This document shows positions 10,301-18,297 of a stretch of DNA of 55,441 nt, in pieces. The stretch is from positions 1-55,441 of IMG/VR virus record IMGVR_UViG_3300044898_000092; one strand, written 5' to 3'. The DNA is from a virus (Duplodnaviria > Caudoviricetes). Positions within the stretch are counted from its first letter, which is position 1; every line of letters begins with the position of its first letter. Made by a program: the position numbers and the translations under genes. The notes under the pieces are model-generated. The model was not told the origin of the DNA, searched no databases, and worked only from the letters and a program-made list of their open reading frames with translations.

Positions 10301-11576
10301 TTGCAAAGTTAGTGATCGACGTAACCGCGGAAGCCAGCAGCTCAACAATGCCAACCCAGACCCGTTGCATGCCGACGCCACCATCAGTGATCGTCTGCTG
10401 AAATGGAATCCATCGCTCCGAAAGAATCTTGGCGGCCTCGTCGTACCGATTTTTAAGTTGTACGGCGTCGTCAATGTCTTGCTGGTTTACAAGTTTGGTC
10501 GATGCAATAGCATCGGCACTAGCAAGCATCTGTTTGAAGTAACCATCGTTCGCGCGAAATGCTTCCATCTGCGCTGGCGACGCGAATGTTGACGCGATAT
10601 CCAGCGCCGCAAGCTTTTTACCTTCGTCGGTCATCTGCTTGAGCAAGTCGACTACTGCACGAAGCTTATCTTGTGAACTAATCGCGTCGCTAAACGCGTC
10701 TACGCCAGTGTTAGTATTGAGATTGCCGGCATCGATATGCGCGTCGATTTTCTTTTGAAGGTCGCTTCCACCAAGCTTATCGGCGCTGACTTCCTTGAAC
10801 TTCTTTAGAAGCTCCGTCGCATCCGATATCGTTCCGCCCGCGTCTTCGAAGCTCTTTCCGAGTCTCTGCAGGAAGTCCGGCGTAACGCCGAGCGTTGAAG
10901 CATCCTTTGAAAGCCTGTTGTATTTTTCAATTTGCTCGCTGGCTGAATTCCACGCGTACTGAATCAGCTTGATTTCATCAACCAAGAGCATCAGCGGTCC
11001 CGCAACGCGGAGCATCAATCCGAGCGCCGGTAACAGGCGTGAGGCCACGGCACCCGCTACTGTTGCGGCAGTGGGTCCGATCGCAGCCAGCGCAGATCCC
11101 GTAGCCGAAAGCCCAGCCGCAATAGCTGGGTTGACCAACTCGCGGAACGCTGGAGAGAGCGCGTATGCTGCGATTGCGGCTTGCTTGGCGTGATTGGCCA
11201 CTGACGCGATCTCAACCCCGTTGAGATTCCATCCTTTGGCGTTATCGTTCGCTGCGCTCGTCTGGTCTTTCAGGCGGCTGGTATTAAGAGCACTCAACTC
11301 AGCATAGCGCTGTGCAGTCACAAGGCCTTGCTGCTGTGCCTGGTCGAGATCGCGCTGCGCTTTTTCAAACTGCTGCGTTGACCGATAGGCGATATCGAGC
11401 GAACGCTGCTGCTTTTCCAAGGCTGTGGCAACGCTAAGATGTGCCTTTTGCTGCTTGTCCGAAGCAATAGCGACATTATCCTGCGCGCCGGACAGCTTTT
11501 TCAAGCCGTCCGTCGTTTCCGCAACGCCACTCTGCGTCGCCTGAATCGATATGCGCCGGATCACGTCAGTTTGCAT
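7371..11576 (-). CDS. Tape measure protein
   Basis: 1401 aa, Ala/Gln-rich helical; C-terminal GGLVTGPGTGTSDSIAAMLSNREFV motif; follows tail chaperones. Confidence 0.92.
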   Translation of the reverse strand: MQTDVIRRISIQATQSGVAETTDGLKKLSGAQDNVAIASDKQQKAHLSVATALEKQQRSLDIAYRSTQQFEKAQRDLDQAQQQGLVTAQRYAELSALNTSRLKDQTSAANDNAKGWNLNGVEIASVANHAKQAAIAAYALSPAFRELVNPAIAAGLSATGSALAAIGPTAATVAGAVASRLLPALGLMLRVAGPLMLLVDEIKLIQYAWNSASEQIEKYNRLSKDASTLGVTPDFLQRLGKSFEDAGGTISDATELLKKFKEVSADKLGGSDLQKKIDAHIDAGNLNTNTGVDAFSDAISSQDKLRAVVDLLKQMTDEGKKLAALDIASTFASPAQMEAFRANDGYFKQMLASADAIASTKLVNQQDIDDAVQLKNRYDEAAKILSERWIPFQQTITDGGVGMQRVWVGIVELLASAVTSITNFAIKVGELISSIPMLGTAIKAMAQAALNVVTGGAYGAVSGIASSLSATPTPLTGASGRLATGLLNPNSVAAARDQTTGISNFLRRDTSLELNKDASTKAQQESNDQVDRAINTLRRHVEQQKADTEAVGLGAGALARFRAEAAETSAIQANGGEITAKQTAEFEKLKIQAYDTATALAKAKVASQIDFANQTKFLPADEVAIAQQLREIYGNDVPKALASTEAAQLRVINLQKDMKDSFAEVGKAAFSAALQGKLGMDSLISTLDSVAKKLSDKAFDNLTSLDPDKMVIGAVQAGASAVISLFTGDQKAKQELQKAQQAWAAMSMQVVNFNLAAKGFNLGPLTNELQSLYNSSKQLQDAALKAKDQGGAASAASAFNNAVDRIWAEFKNGTQTLTPLEQQIKAVNDEAAGLKDTLDELGFKGRAATIDSIVQTQIDALTKQFNATFISGLTARLNTATGQTFLTDAANLLVQHQQDLTQVSQDFGNDPTLLAQVAATFKAEAQKIVDGAGLAGTALTDFTTQFPALQGVVHDFTQSAVTDAKALQDAQNSAAKSVTDYLNGLVAGPGSTQSPTATLASAQTLYQANLPLAQAGNVDAQNKFVSLADNLEKAARVVYASGQGYQDIKNQIINQGLNLPAVQTTTDPVTQAVRDAITAIQIGTQATQGVTGVISGTLKPAVDAGNAAAVAASLATYFNQIDPSGRLASIFGATKATADQTTFTSQQVYTQTGQFDTSNNLTGSGNATLTAIQGLQGTAKDQLVLLANSLAPSSAVTGPTITNTGAPSTNTAASLYPYQLVAGIDKIVYNTAATAHNTGLSVPASAPSGQGHLDGVFRAGGLVTGPGTGTSDSIAAMLSNREFVIKNAAVERFGVGFFEQLNAGIMPRSIGNDNIFRPIVSAPNVLPFRNSNSGSDNAALLPRIDKLTEQVEVLQKIVAGSGANVARAVVETGEKNVEATDRQTSTLASTQRQSDRQRKVS

Positions 11577-11922
11577 CGGGGGTTTTCTGCTTTTCGGCTA
11601 ACCATTCGAGGTACACGTCATCCATCGCCCAACACATGCGGGCTAGAGTTTCATCGTCAAAACTGCGGGACTCTGCGTATCGCTCTATCGATGACCATGG
11701 GATGCGTGAAGCGCCGCCCATAGCTCCCATCTGGCGATCATTTGTAAGACGATGCCACGCGTTCCAATAGCCCTGCGCGTTCTCCGAAAGCTCTGCGCCT
11801 TCCGGTATCTCAAGGTCTTCAGCGAACCGCACCGCGTCCGGCTCTTCCTCTGCTAATTCCAAAAGGAAGTCGTCGGTGCCCTTCCGGGTTAAACTGTACC
11901 GGAGGGCTTCGCGGAGTTTTTT
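11566..11922 (-). CDS. Tail assembly chaperone GT extension, reached by -1 frameshift
   Basis: -1 frame open from the slippery site as LREALRYSLTRKGTDDFLLELAEEE...; YWNAW..L..DR..GAMG...IPWS motif. Confidence 0.8.
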   Translation of the reverse strand, partial: KKLREALRYSLTRKGTDDFLLELAEEEPDAVRFAEDLEIPEGAELSENAQGYWNAWHRLTNDRQMGAMGGASRIPWSSIERYAESRSFDDETLARMCWAMDDVYLEWLAEKQKTPDAN

Positions 11923-12332
11923 TCCGTGGCCGCATCATCCTCCGCGACAACTTCGCCAACGCGAGACGACGCAACAAAAACGCCGTCGCGGAATTTTTGA
12001 TAATCCGGATCGGTCATGTAGACCTTCGCCTGGTCTTTGCTGTAGGGAACCGCAACACAGTCGTCGTCCTCTACATTCCGCCAGCCGCGAAGATTGCACT
12101 CTAGCAGGCAGACACCAGTGATGCGATCGCGCTCGATGGGATCAACGGCGCCGTTCTTGCGTTTGTTCGGCGGCAACGCGCGAACCATCGCCTCAAACTT
12201 CAGACGGTATTGCTTGTTGTTGAGACCACGCACCAGAACTTCGATATCGCCAAGCTCAGGAAGGTCGCCTTGCCACACGCCGTCCTCTGCTTGAATGGCG
12301 GAATTATCGACTTTAGCGGATGTGATTTTCAC
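11889..12332 (-). CDS. Tail assembly chaperone G
   Basis: GTG start with AAAGGA RBS; ends ...TEKNSAKPSGTV; lies between tube and tape measure. Confidence 0.8.
   Translation of the reverse strand: MKITSAKVDNSAIQAEDGVWQGDLPELGDIEVLVRGLNNKQYRLKFEAMVRALPPNKRKNGAVDPIERDRITGVCLLECNLRGWRNVEDDDCVAVPYSKDQAKVYMTDPDYQKFRDGVFVASSRVGEVVAEDDAATEKNSAKPSGTV
11916..11922 (-). promoter_or_regulatory. Programmed -1 frameshift slippery heptamer A-AAA-AAC
   Basis: GAA AAA AAC in chaperone frame; a -1 shift joins the downstream ORF with no stop. Confidence 0.85.
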
Positions 12333-12340
12333 GAGGGGAA

Positions 12341-12446
12341 TCCTTTGTTCGGAAAGGAAGCGGGCCGCACCCGAACGTGCGACCCGCCGATGCGCGCAAC
12401 CTCCGCTCTGGCGAGCGAAGACGATGAGCCGCGCGTTCGGGCGCGG
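12341..12446 (-). ncRNA. Candidate cis-regulatory RNA: three hexaloop hairpins with complementary loops
   Basis: Stems at 12429-12446 (loop CCGAAC), 12360-12387 (loop GUUCGG) and 12341-12358 (loop CCGAAC, 3' arm is the RBS). Confidence 0.6.
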
Positions 12447-12453
12447 TAGAAGA

Positions 12454-13932
12454 TCAGGCGTAGAATTCGAAGCGGTCGAACAGCGCCATGGCGTTGGTGA
12501 CGGTCTCTTCTTTCGAGGCCTTCCAGCCGAGCGGAAGCATGATGTCCTGGTCCATGCCGCCAGCATTCGGCGAGCCGTTGGCGTTGTATGTGATCTGAGG
12601 AAGCGTCAGGATCACCGCCCTACTGTTGCCAATGGTGCGGACATTGAGAGATGTGAGTGTCCCGGCGAAGAATTTTGCCAACAGGCTGTTGTCGCCAAAA
12701 TAGGTCTCCAGCGTACCGGAGGCTTTGAACGAATGCGCCGTAAGGCCGGCCGCGCCAACGGTGTGAACCGCCTCAATCGGAGTGATGGTGTTGTCGAGTT
12801 GAAGTGTAAAGGATTTGACGAAATTCGGCGCAGCAAGCGTTGCGCCAGCTTCGCCGACGCGCCCAACGTTCGGACCACAGGCCATAACGGGATACGCAGT
12901 AAGCGACGTGGTCGCATCCGGAGAGGCGTCTTGCGTGACCGTACCTTCGCTGGCGCCGGTCATACCCATGAATGTCACATCGCCGGTAATTTTCGCTTTC
13001 GCGGTCCAATTCATCGTGTACTGCGACACGGCGCAGCCAGGCTGAAGGATGTAGGTCGGAACGGCCTGACCCAAAAATCCCTTCTCGATCGACTGAGCGA
13101 TCAGCGTAGTGCCGTTCTTGATCTGGTCGCCGAAATAAACCTTGATGGTCTTGCTGGTGCCGGCGTCGACGGCCCAACCGGACGGAAGGTTGTCGCAAGT
13201 CAGCGCATGCGCGGAAACGGCAGTGATGCGAATCCAGTCATTGAGCGCCGCTGTCGCGAAGCCCATCGCTGCTGTGGTGGAGTCGATCTTGAGCCACTTG
13301 CCCGCAGCGATGCCGGGAATGGTGGTGAAGTCCAGCGCGGTAGACGCCAGTCCGGACGCCGTGGCCGTAATATCTCCGGACGCGCCTTGGAAGCCAACGC
13401 ATTTGACGCGAGCGGCTGCGGGTGGAACTGCTTCGTCGGTAATTCCGGAGCCCGCGAACACGGGAGCGGTCGCGCCGCCAGTCGTGCATTTGAATACGCC
13501 GTTATTCCCGGCGACTCCGAAGTCGGTCCAGCGATAAAGTTCGCTAGCCACGAACGTCGTTCCGGTCAGCACCGTCAGAACGGTGCCGGATGTAGCCACC
13601 GCCGTAATGACGCTATCCGCGACACCGTCGTTATCGCGCGAGTTCGTGTTGCTCCATGGATTCCGCATCACCGACGAGATATCGACATCGGCCGGCGAAT
13701 TCGGCATCGGATAACTGAATTCGAGCTTGATATCGCCGTTCGAATCTTCGCCCGTCTTGATCGGCGGCGCGTTCATTCCATCCGATCGAAGCTCTCCGGA
13801 ATCGACAAACGTCGGAACCCACTTCAGCCCCTCACCAGAGGTTCGCCGCGCTCGCATGCGAGGCGTGTTCGGCGTAGTGCCGACAGTCGTTTCAATGACC
13901 GACACGACCTGCGTGCGATTTGACGATGACAT
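12454..13932 (-). CDS. Major tail tube protein with internal insertion domain
   Basis: N-terminal ETTVGTTP..P and SGELRSD; C-terminal SGTLETYF; 492 aa. Confidence 0.85.
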   Translation of the reverse strand: MSSSNRTQVVSVIETTVGTTPNTPRMRARRTSGEGLKWVPTFVDSGELRSDGMNAPPIKTGEDSNGDIKLEFSYPMPNSPADVDISSVMRNPWSNTNSRDNDGVADSVITAVATSGTVLTVLTGTTFVASELYRWTDFGVAGNNGVFKCTTGGATAPVFAGSGITDEAVPPAAARVKCVGFQGASGDITATASGLASTALDFTTIPGIAAGKWLKIDSTTAAMGFATAALNDWIRITAVSAHALTCDNLPSGWAVDAGTSKTIKVYFGDQIKNGTTLIAQSIEKGFLGQAVPTYILQPGCAVSQYTMNWTAKAKITGDVTFMGMTGASEGTVTQDASPDATTSLTAYPVMACGPNVGRVGEAGATLAAPNFVKSFTLQLDNTITPIEAVHTVGAAGLTAHSFKASGTLETYFGDNSLLAKFFAGTLTSLNVRTIGNSRAVILTLPQITYNANGSPNAGGMDQDIMLPLGWKASKEETVTNAMALFDRFEFYA

Positions 13933-13982
13933 GGACGTTCTCCTTTAGGGCGAAGTTGGGTGATGCGTGTATTTGAAAACGA

Positions 13983-14183
13983 CTATTCGTCGTCGCCACT
14001 CATGGCGCGGGCGCTGGCGAATCCAGAAGGCGCTGCGGGCTCCGGTTCGCTTGAACCGATGAAGCCGCGCGATTTCAGATCGTCGAAGCTGTGCGGCGAA
14101 AGATCGTCACCTTCACTCACGGGATCGCCGACCTTCAGTCGGCGATTCACTGTGTTGAACGCCTTCAAAACTTTATTGCTCAT
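13983..14183 (-). CDS. Small hypothetical virion-morphogenesis protein
   Basis: 66 aa with GGAGA RBS between tail terminator and tube. Confidence 0.6.
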   Translation of the reverse strand: MSNKVLKAFNTVNRRLKVGDPVSEGDDLSPHSFDDLKSRGFIGSSEPEPAAPSGFASARAMSGDDE

Positions 14184-14196
14184 GATTTCTCTCCGG

Positions 14197-14649
14197 TTAG
14201 GCTTCGACCCGTCGCCAATCGATATCGACGGGAATGGAAAAGTAATTTCCGCTGTACTTGTCGGACTTCACACCCTCGCCGATGGATGCGGCGCGAAATT
14301 CCAACGTGTCGCTCAGCAGCATGAGACCGCGAAACAGATCGCAAAGACTCTTTGCGTATGTCCTGGCGTCCCGCGAACCAGTATTGATCGGGACAAGGAC
14401 ATCGATGAAAATCACGCCCTCTTCGTCCCAACGATTGTCTTTCTGTTGCGAAGCTCCGAGAGACACTTGCTGATAGGTTCTGCCCGTGAAGCTCACTGCG
14501 ACGAACGCAATCGATTCGCTTGCTGAATTAACCGGAGGCAACACGGTGCCGTCCGTCGCCTTATTGTCGTTCTCCAGCGATAGTAGAGTTGCCGTCCAGC
14601 TCGCCTTCAGAAAATCTTCAATCGCTGCGGAGACTGCACCGGAAGCCAT
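14197..14649 (-). CDS. Tail terminator-like protein
   Basis: Size and position; G.IFIDVLVP.NTG motif. Confidence 0.7.
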   Translation of the reverse strand: MASGAVSAAIEDFLKASWTATLLSLENDNKATDGTVLPPVNSASESIAFVAVSFTGRTYQQVSLGASQQKDNRWDEEGVIFIDVLVPINTGSRDARTYAKSLCDLFRGLMLLSDTLEFRAASIGEGVKSDKYSGNYFSIPVDIDWRRVEA

Positions 14650-15279
14650 TTATCGCACCGTCACGATGATTGCGGGCTGGCGCGTAAACCAGTCCTCGAC
14701 CTTGCTGCGCCTGCGATGAATCATGCGAGTGGACCGAGCCCATTTCAGAACATCGCCACCGCGAACCGATTCAAAGCCGAGTTTGATCTTCGCCGTATTT
14801 CCAAATTGTCGAGACGCATCACGCGCGATCCGCCCGTACACCTCGAAAAGTTTTTCCAACTTCCGTGCATATGGAACAGTGCTTGCGAACACGTACCGCT
14901 CCGCGATCGGAATGGGCGCACCATCTGCAACCTCAACCCCATCCGCGAACAGCGTGTGGCTCGCCTGGTATCGACCTGTTAGCCGAGGTGAAATCGCACG
15001 GAGCATGTCGCGGATAGCCGCAAGCGCATCGGGAACGAGTTGATACTCTCTGACAATTAGTCCGGTAGGCTTTACCGATGAAAGCGGAGCACCTTCGCGG
15101 CCATCAACGAACGTTTGACTCGATGGCTTCCTGCCTAGAATACTTTCGTTGGTGGCGTCCGTTTCGTCGAATGTCTCTTGCGCGAATTCAGCAAACTGCC
15201 GGCTCATCGCCTCCGGCGACAAGTCCTGCGCGAAGATTAATACGATGTCCCGATCGATGGACTCGACTTTGTTCGGCAT
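14650..15279 (-). CDS. Neck/tail-completion protein (HK97 gp10-like)
   Basis: SPRLTGRYQAS...VPYARKLE motif. Confidence 0.65.
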   Translation of the reverse strand: MPNKVESIDRDIVLIFAQDLSPEAMSRQFAEFAQETFDETDATNESILGRKPSSQTFVDGREGAPLSSVKPTGLIVREYQLVPDALAAIRDMLRAISPRLTGRYQASHTLFADGVEVADGAPIPIAERYVFASTVPYARKLEKLFEVYGRIARDASRQFGNTAKIKLGFESVRGGDVLKWARSTRMIHRRRSKVEDWFTRQPAIIVTVR

Positions 15280-15283
15280 CGGG

Positions 15284-15661
15284 TCAACCGAGGACCCGCA
15301 TCTCTATCCTGCACAACTCACCACCCGGATAGAAGCCCTGTCCCCATTGAACTGCACGCCACCGACCACGAACATAAGCACCGTCGCCGCGGTTCATGCT
15401 CGGGATGCGGGGATCTTCCGTACCTCCCGGCAACTGGCCTCCTGGCCATTGAGCCCGGTTGATTTCCGATGGCGAGAAGATGCAGAACAACTCGTCCTGC
15501 GTAATGCCTGCCGTGAGTTCCGCGCTTGTCGGAGACCGAACCGCAGCGCGGATATCGACGTCCACATTCGCCTTGTTCGTTGTCCCGACCGATCGGCGAA
15601 GCTTGATGTCTTCGCCTGCCCGCGCCAGGCCAGCGTCAAGCGCCGCAATCTCTCCAGCCAC
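15284..15661 (-). CDS. Head closure/stopper-like protein
   Basis: 125 aa in neck cluster; GEDIKLRR N-terminus. Confidence 0.55.
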   Translation of the reverse strand: MAGEIAALDAGLARAGEDIKLRRSVGTTNKANVDVDIRAAVRSPTSAELTAGITQDELFCIFSPSEINRAQWPGGQLPGGTEDPRIPSMNRGDGAYVRGRWRAVQWGQGFYPGGELCRIEMRVLG

Positions 15662-16041
15662 TACGGCACACTCACGCCGTTAACGGTCAATTTCTCAGGC
15701 TGCGACTGACCTGATGTATCCGATGAGCCGTCCAAAGGGTCGCCACCATTCGACCCTTCAAGCGCCGTGACGAAGCTTTCAATTTCGCCGACGACGCCGG
15801 CGTGTGCGTCGACCTTCTGATGACCCTTGGCGAGTGCCGCGATCCCGCGGGAGCCTACGGCTTCGACCTTCGCCATTAACTTCCCGGCACCGTCTTCAAG
15901 ATCGGACTCGAGCATCTTCATCGCCTTCGCGAGTCCCTGCAATTTCGGCATCGAGGTCATGCGGCAGTCCCGTACAATTTGATAGCGAAGTCGGTTGATG
16001 CGGACGCAGAGACGGAAGACTTCAATTTCAGCATCGAGCAT
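15661..16041 (-). CDS. Hypothetical protein (start may be 15960)
   Basis: ORF packed in late operon. Confidence 0.5.
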   Translation of the reverse strand: MLDAEIEVFRLCVRINRLRYQIVRDCRMTSMPKLQGLAKAMKMLESDLEDGAGKLMAKVEAVGSRGIAALAKGHQKVDAHAGVVGEIESFVTALEGSNGGDPLDGSSDTSGQSQPEKLTVNGVSVP

Positions 16042-16042
16042 T

Positions 16043-16441
16043 TCATCGGCAATGAGCGCGAAGATCGAACGTCGTGTTCACATATGTCCCGGTAGATACG
16101 ATGTAGACCGCCAATTGATCGCCCAGCAGGCCATCGTTCACGCCTGCTGCGGCTAGATCGACATACGCCGTGATGGCCTTGGGTACGCTACTCAGGCTTG
16201 CGTAATCGACTACTGCCGAAGTAGTGAAATCGAACCTGGCGATGTGCAGCCAGGTCGCGCCGTCATCAAAACTTGTGGCGACAATCGCCGAGAACGTCGC
16301 GCCGCCTGAGCCATATTGGAATCGCGCTACCAAATTGCACGACGACATCCCGGCCAGCCCGGTGATCGGCGTGAGCAACGCCAGAGAGCGCGCTACTCCA
16401 ATTTGGAGCGCGGCAAGCGTTTTCAGACCGGGGCTATCCAT
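16043..16441 (-). CDS. Hypothetical beta-rich virion protein
   Basis: TSFDDGATW motif; follows spike-base gene. Confidence 0.55.
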   Translation of the reverse strand: MDSPGLKTLAALQIGVARSLALLTPITGLAGMSSCNLVARFQYGSGGATFSAIVATSFDDGATWLHIARFDFTTSAVVDYASLSSVPKAITAYVDLAAAGVNDGLLGDQLAVYIVSTGTYVNTTFDLRAHCR

Positions 16442-16476
16442 TACCTGCTGTCTCCGGTCATGCGATTAGATCAGTA

Positions 16477-16740
16477 TCAGTAAAGGCCAACGATGTTGGT
16501 TGCGCTCGTCCCGGTGGACAGTACTTTATCAACCCGAACCGGGAGCAGCGCGCCCGCAAGTACGCCAACAAATATCGGCAGCGTTCCATCAAGCATTCGA
16601 ACGGCGACATCGCCCGCGCCGCCAACCCAAAGCGAGCGCGTGGGCTGCGCGAATACGGTGGCGTCGCTCTTTGTGACGGAAAAGCCTCCCGTAACGGGAG
16701 AGCCTGAGCCGGCTGAATAGGTTGCGAACTTGTCGGCCAT
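16477..16740 (-). CDS. Head spike base protein, RcGTA Rcc01079-like
   Basis: TRSLWVGGAGDVAVRM..G...AG.LLPVRV.KV..TGT.AT.IVGL pattern. Confidence 0.75.
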   Translation of the reverse strand: MADKFATYSAGSGSPVTGGFSVTKSDATVFAQPTRSLWVGGAGDVAVRMLDGTLPIFVGVLAGALLPVRVDKVLSTGTSATNIVGLY

Positions 16741-16763
16741 CTCGATTTACTTCCCCTCAGCGA

Positions 16764-17390
16764 TCACAGCGCCATCCAGCAACGATAGTTCTCAAGCAGA
16801 TCGGCGACGGCTTGGCGGAACACCGTGTCCATCGCGCCGGTATTGTCCCAGTCCCTACGGATGACGCCTTCAAGGCTTTCAAGCCGCAGCGTCGGGTCGC
16901 GCTTGCTAAGGTGAAAGCCGTTCCCGATCCTGAGCAGGATGGCCGAAACAAGATCGGGCTCCGTCGATATATCAGGAAAACCCGCTACCAACGGAACGGC
17001 GATGCGCGACCCTTTTTGAATAGCGGGCCATGATTGTCCGAAGTTCAAAACGATCGCCGCATCCATCCCATCGGTTCGGACTTCATAAACCGAAGAGTCC
17101 AAGGTCTGCGCCGCGCCGTACACATCGACATAGGCAATTGACGTAATGGACTGGACCGGAGCGGCCGGTACCCGTTCAAAGTTGCTGAAGCTGTCGCATT
17201 TCAGCGACAGCGTTTGCGTCATGATCTTTATGCCGCAGTATTTTTCGACGAAACTTCGCTCCGAAGAAATCAACCGCAACAGCAACGCTTTATCGGAAAC
17301 CAAATCCGACCCGACGCATTGCTTGCTAGCCTGCGCAAGTGTGACCGGCTCGCTTGTAGGAGCCACCATCACAGTCGGAGGATACCACAT
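16764..17390 (-). CDS. Head-tail connector/adaptor (gp6-like)
   Basis: PTSEPVTLAQA...VEKYCG..IMTQT...APVQSITSIAYVD motif. Confidence 0.85.
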   Translation of the reverse strand: MWYPPTVMVAPTSEPVTLAQASKQCVGSDLVSDKALLLRLISSERSFVEKYCGIKIMTQTLSLKCDSFSNFERVPAAPVQSITSIAYVDVYGAAQTLDSSVYEVRTDGMDAAIVLNFGQSWPAIQKGSRIAVPLVAGFPDISTEPDLVSAILLRIGNGFHLSKRDPTLRLESLEGVIRRDWDNTGAMDTVFRQAVADLLENYRCWMAL

Positions 17391-17624
17391 TCAGCGCCGC
17401 CGTCTTTTGTGCCGATGTTGATTCACAATCTCAGACGGAACGATCGCTTCGCGAGTTTCGGCTGGCGGCTCCTTCACCGCCAACTCAATTTCGGGTTTCG
17501 CGACCGGCACAGCGAACCCCTCTTTGATGAGGCGGATCGCCTCGTCTTGGGGAAACTCGTGCTCGTCGCCAGCTTCAAGCGATATGGTCGGCCCGCGAAG
17601 ATCGACCATCATCCGGACCAGCAT
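17391..17624 (-). CDS. Small head-associated hypothetical protein
   Basis: GDEHEF...EAIRLIKEGFA motif common between capsid and adaptor. Confidence 0.6.
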   Translation of the reverse strand: MLVRMMVDLRGPTISLEAGDEHEFPQDEAIRLIKEGFAVPVAKPEIELAVKEPPAETREAIVPSEIVNQHRHKRRRR

Positions 17625-17628
17625 GAAC

Positions 17629-18237
17629 TTACGCTACCGTATCACTGAAAGGAGATGCCTCAGTGCCGCTCTGCGTGAGGACACCCGTGACTGCCCAGAC
17701 GTGCAGCTTGATGTCGGCAACCTCGACCCAATCGCCGATGCTCACGCCACCCGTGGTTGTCCCGTCGAGTGTGATGGTGTCGTCGGTGGCGCCAGCGGTC
17801 CAACTGTTGACCGCATCGGTCGCGGAGTCGGTCGAAGATTCGCTCAGCACCGTGCCACACACATGATCAGCGCCGGAAACGGACTTGATCAGATACCCGG
17901 ATGTGTTGACTGCGCCGACCAAGAATTTGAACTTACAGCCGCTTCCTGTCGCGGCCGGCAACGTGAACGTGCGGGCACCGCCAGCGCCGTCCATCACCAG
18001 CAGCTTGCCGTCGTGCAGCAGTTCAGTAATCACCGTTGTGACGGCGAGGCTGACTACGCGCGTTGAGACATCCGCGGCACGGTTGAGTTCGGCCGCCGTA
18101 GCGAGAAGCCCGGTGACGGTATCGGCGCCGACGATTGATCCGCCGGTTTCGACCGTGATCTTTCCACCGGAAGCCACAACAAGTTCGTCGCCGCCGACCT
18201 TATGATAGACTTTTGGACCATATGTTGCGTCGACCAT
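17629..18237 (-). CDS. Head decoration/fibre protein
   Basis: KVY...GGDELVVASGG N-terminus; TFTLPAATGSG; directly after capsid. Confidence 0.6.
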   Translation of the reverse strand: MVDATYGPKVYHKVGGDELVVASGGKITVETGGSIVGADTVTGLLATAAELNRAADVSTRVVSLAVTTVITELLHDGKLLVMDGAGGARTFTLPAATGSGCKFKFLVGAVNTSGYLIKSVSGADHVCGTVLSESSTDSATDAVNSWTAGATDDTITLDGTTTGGVSIGDWVEVADIKLHVWAVTGVLTQSGTEASPFSDTVA

Positions 18238-18267
18238 TGGCGCGCACTCCGGATATGAGGAAGGGGT

Positions 18268-18289
18268 GAGCGGGGCTTCCGCCCCGCTC
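18268..18289 (-). terminator. GC-rich hairpin after the capsid gene (stabiliser or weak terminator)
   Basis: Perfect 9-bp stem GAGCGGGGC/GCCCCGCTC with GGAA tetraloop; no clear U-tract. Confidence 0.5.
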
Positions 18290-18297
18290 GATTGGCG

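Noticed and set aside
11889-12566. 225-aa version of the tail chaperone from the ORF track
   Set aside because: The extension overlaps the tube gene and the structured RNA; GTG at 12332 has a proper RBS
12295-13923. 542-aa plus-strand ORF
   Set aside because: Antisense shadow of the tail tube gene; Arg-rich with no recognisable motifs
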